NCBI RefSeq assembly: GCF_028641065.1
Contig: NC_073399.1
Span: forward strand, 32,674,001-32,738,000
Direction: 5' to 3'
Origin: Leucoraja erinacea
Taxonomy: Eukaryota
Length of the DNA stretch: 64,000 nucleotides
Shown here piece after piece: positions 61,440 through 64,000 of this stretch. Both the position numbers and the translations under genes were made by a program. Below the pieces are notes generated by a model. It made no database searches. It saw only the letters and a list, made by a program, of their open reading frames with translations, and was not told where the DNA came from. Each line of letters begins with the position of its first letter. Position 1 is the first letter of the stretch.

Positions 61440-62075
61440 TGAGGGTGGGTCTAAGAGGAGGGGGTCCGTTAGAGACGGGAAAAGGGATCATCAATGGGGG
61501 CGAGGACTCCTTCCCATGGAAGAACACTGTGAGGCGGAGGCGACGGAAGAAGAGCTCCAAATCGTGGTGGCCGCGGAACGCATTGAGGTGGGAACGGAGG
61601 TGGACAAAGGTGAGGCCTCTGCTGAGGTCCGACTGTTCGGTATCTGAGAGGGGGAGGTCAGGGGGGATGGTGAACACGGCAGGGATGGGGATTGGGACCG
61701 GAGGAAGGTAGGTGAGTGGATTGAGGCCGAGGCGATATCCGGTGGATGGGTGGTGGGTTGTCCGGGGGTAGGGGGGTATGAGGACTGTAGTGTGGGTGGG
61801 GAAGACCCAGTGGAACAGCCATTGAGATTACCAGGTTTGCGGGGGCCGAGCTCTAGGACCCAGCGCAATCAAACCCAGGGGAGTTGGAGTATGCAGCATG
61901 GAAACTTCAGGCCCGGTGCTGAGTCCAGGCTGCAGGTAAGGTGACGGCTGCGGGCAGCTGGAGGGCGGTGGAGTGGCAAGGGTCAGCGGGCAAAGAGTAG
62001 GAGGTCCCGGTGGGTGGGTGGTTGGTGAGGCAGCGAGGTGAGTAGATCTTGAGGCCCTAAGCTTATGCAACAAGT
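61440..62075 (-). mobile_element. Penelope-like element, N-terminal ORF fragment
   Basis: FTIPPDLPLSDTEQSDLSRGLTFV...DLELFFRRLRL matches the conserved PLE pre-RT motif (LS..E..L.KGL.F; F.RRLRL). Confidence 0.75.
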
Positions 62076-62079
62076 GTCA

Positions 62080-63450
62080 TCTTGGACTTGAACGAACGCA
62101 AGGATTTCATTTGTCTTGTGAGTGGCGCAGTGTTAATGTGGTAGGAGTGAGTGATGACAAAACAAAACATTTAATGAGTTTAAAGAAAAAAGATTTTTAA
62201 GCACAAATATAGTGAAGGTCATAATCAGATGCCAAAAAAATCAATGGAACAGCCGGAAAAAAAGCAATCGAAAATGTAGTGTATGTGTCACTTAAATGGA
62301 CGAAGCAAAAACAGGTCGAGTTTTTAGAACTGTATATAATATTGTATACAAAAGGTAGACACAGATATGTCTTCTGCTATTGAACTGCAAGAAAGAAACG
62401 GCATCGACTTAGGGTATGTTCTACACTCTCGTAAGTCCTGTGCAGTGGAATTCTCTGCCACAGAAGGTAGTCGAGGCCACAGTTCATTGGCTATATTTAA
62501 GAGGGAGTTAGATGTGGCCCTTGTGGCAAAGGGGATCAGAGGGTATGGAGAGAAGGCAGGTACAGGATACTGAGTTGGATGATCAGCCATGATCATATTG
62601 AATGGCGGTGTAGGCTCGAAGGGCCGAATGGCCTACTCCTGCACCTAATTTCTATGTTTCTATGTTTCTATGTTTCTCATCACATGGTGAACCAGATGCG
62701 AAAGACAGTGGTGGAAAATATAATTTTAAAACGATCTAAAATGTCTATTATGATTGATGAATCTACTACAATTAATGGGACAACTGTTCTAGTAGTCTGC
62801 TTGCGAGCAACAGTTGGTGAATCTTCCCAACCTATATCATTCTATTTTGAGAATATATGAGACTTAGAGCAAATGCAAAATCTATAAATGATGGGCTTCC
62901 AAGTTGCTTACAAAGAGGTGGTTTTTCAATACAGTACCTAAATGAAAATGTGTTATCACTTGTAACTGATGGTGCATCAGTAATGTTAGGACGAAATGCA
63001 GGGGTTGCAAAACTATTTCTTGATGATTTCCCTAATGCAACTGTTGGCCCTGTGCTTGTCACAGGCTTGAACTCAGTGTAGGTGATGCTTTGTGATGTTG
63101 CAGGTTTGAATCATTTTCAGATATTTTGCGATAAATTGTATTCCTTATATCATAGGTCTCCTAAGAATCAGGATGAGTTAGCTGCCTGCGCTGAGCCTCT
63201 TCACTGTCAACTGTTGAAAATGGTCGTGTTTTCAGTGTGAGATGGGCTGCTTCATCTTACCGAACTGTAAAGGCAATGTGGCAGTCTTATAAAACTATTT
63301 GGGAGCATTTTGGAAAAGCAAGCAGTGATGCTTCAAGATCTAGTGCAGAGAGTGCAAAGTACGAGGAGCTGAAAAATGTATTAGAATCATCAGCTTCCGT
63401 AAATAATTTGGGCTTGTTGATGGACAGTTTGCTCGAGTTGTCAGAACGGT
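62080..63450 (+). pseudogene. Decayed hAT transposase (ZNF862/Tip100-like), interrupted by a CR1 fragment at ~62446-62677
   Basis: SIMIDEST, LVTDGASVMLG, a frameshifted CxxH region (CACHRLELSV) and RW motif; many frameshifts. Confidence 0.8.
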
Positions 63451-64000
63451 CACTTAATAATAATAACTTGATTTATAGAACACTTTAAAAACAACCACTG
63501 TTGCAACAAAGTGCTGTACATGACTAATCATGGACAAAAAAATATTATAGGACAATAAAAAGATTAAAAGAGAAAGTAAAAACAATTAAAAAAAATTAAA
63601 AAAAACCATTAAAAACACTAAAACAGGAGCAAAGTCTCATGCAGGGTCAAAAGCCAAGGAATAGAAATGGGTTTTAAGATTGGTTTTGAAGATGGACAGT
63701 GAGGGGGCCTGTCTGATGTGCAACGGCAGAGTGTTCCATAACGCCGGAGCAGCAACAGAGAAGGCTCTATCCCCTCTGAGCTTCCGCTTAGACCTCGGTA
63801 CCTCCAGGAGCAGCTGATCAGCTGACCTGAGGCACCGGGCAGGAGAGTATGGATGAAGCAGCTCAGAGAGGTAAGGCGGGGCGAGGCCATTTAAATATTT
63901 AAAAACAAATAAAAGAGTCTTAAAATGAACTCGAAAGTGCACCGGGAGCCAGTGGAGGGAGGCCAGAATTGGCGTTATGTGCTCCCTCTTTCGAGTTCCA
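63450..64000 (-). mobile_element. L2 LINE 3' fragment (runs off the window)
   Basis: FRVHFKTLLFVFKYLNGLAPPYLSELL...GDRAFSVAAPALWNTLP. Confidence 0.85.

Noticed and set aside
62080-63450. Domesticated hAT-derived gene
   Set aside because: Multiple frameshifts, a CR1 insertion and truncation by an L2 element
1-64000. CRISPR arrays, operons or other prokaryotic systems
   Set aside because: The sequence is vertebrate; recurring motifs are dispersed TE copies, not regularly spaced repeat-spacer arrays

Overview
Eukaryotic, intron-rich, transposon-dense DNA, most likely from a cartilaginous fish, probably a skate or ray. The basis for that call is the repeat content: CR1/HER1-type LINE tails ending in (TTTCTATG)n, HE1/V-SINE-type SINEs, Rex1, L2, Penelope and hAT fragments. 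Almost every ORF in the supplied track is repeat debris. Splicing by hand recovers two tandem minus-strand Ig-superfamily genes. (1) A complete ~300-aa B7-like type I membrane protein (leader-IgV-IgC-TM-cytoplasmic tail). It has 6 coding exons spanning 49182->39913, a likely non-coding first exon near 55.9 kb, and ISRE, GAS, NF-kB and RUNX motifs upstream. Its V domain has SECTM1-like features. (2) About 26 kb downstream, a single-IgV receptor with leader, V and stalk/TM exons spanning 13961->1820; the cytoplasmic exon was not found and probably lies outside the window. It resembles CD7 overall but has CD28/CTLA-4-type extra cysteines and no MYPPPY loop. The arrangement mirrors mammalian SECTM1-CD7, a ligand gene lying just upstream of its receptor gene. 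The best candidate for something new is therefore a linked costimulatory receptor-ligand pair intermediate between CD28/B7 and CD7/SECTM1. Secondary observations are a solo LTR antisense inside the ligand gene, a local duplication dated by later TE insertions, and many Penelope-derived foldback elements with hammerhead-ribozyme core motifs. Mammalian sequence comparisons are from memory, not from a search, and TE boundaries are approximate unless TSDs or TIRs are quoted.
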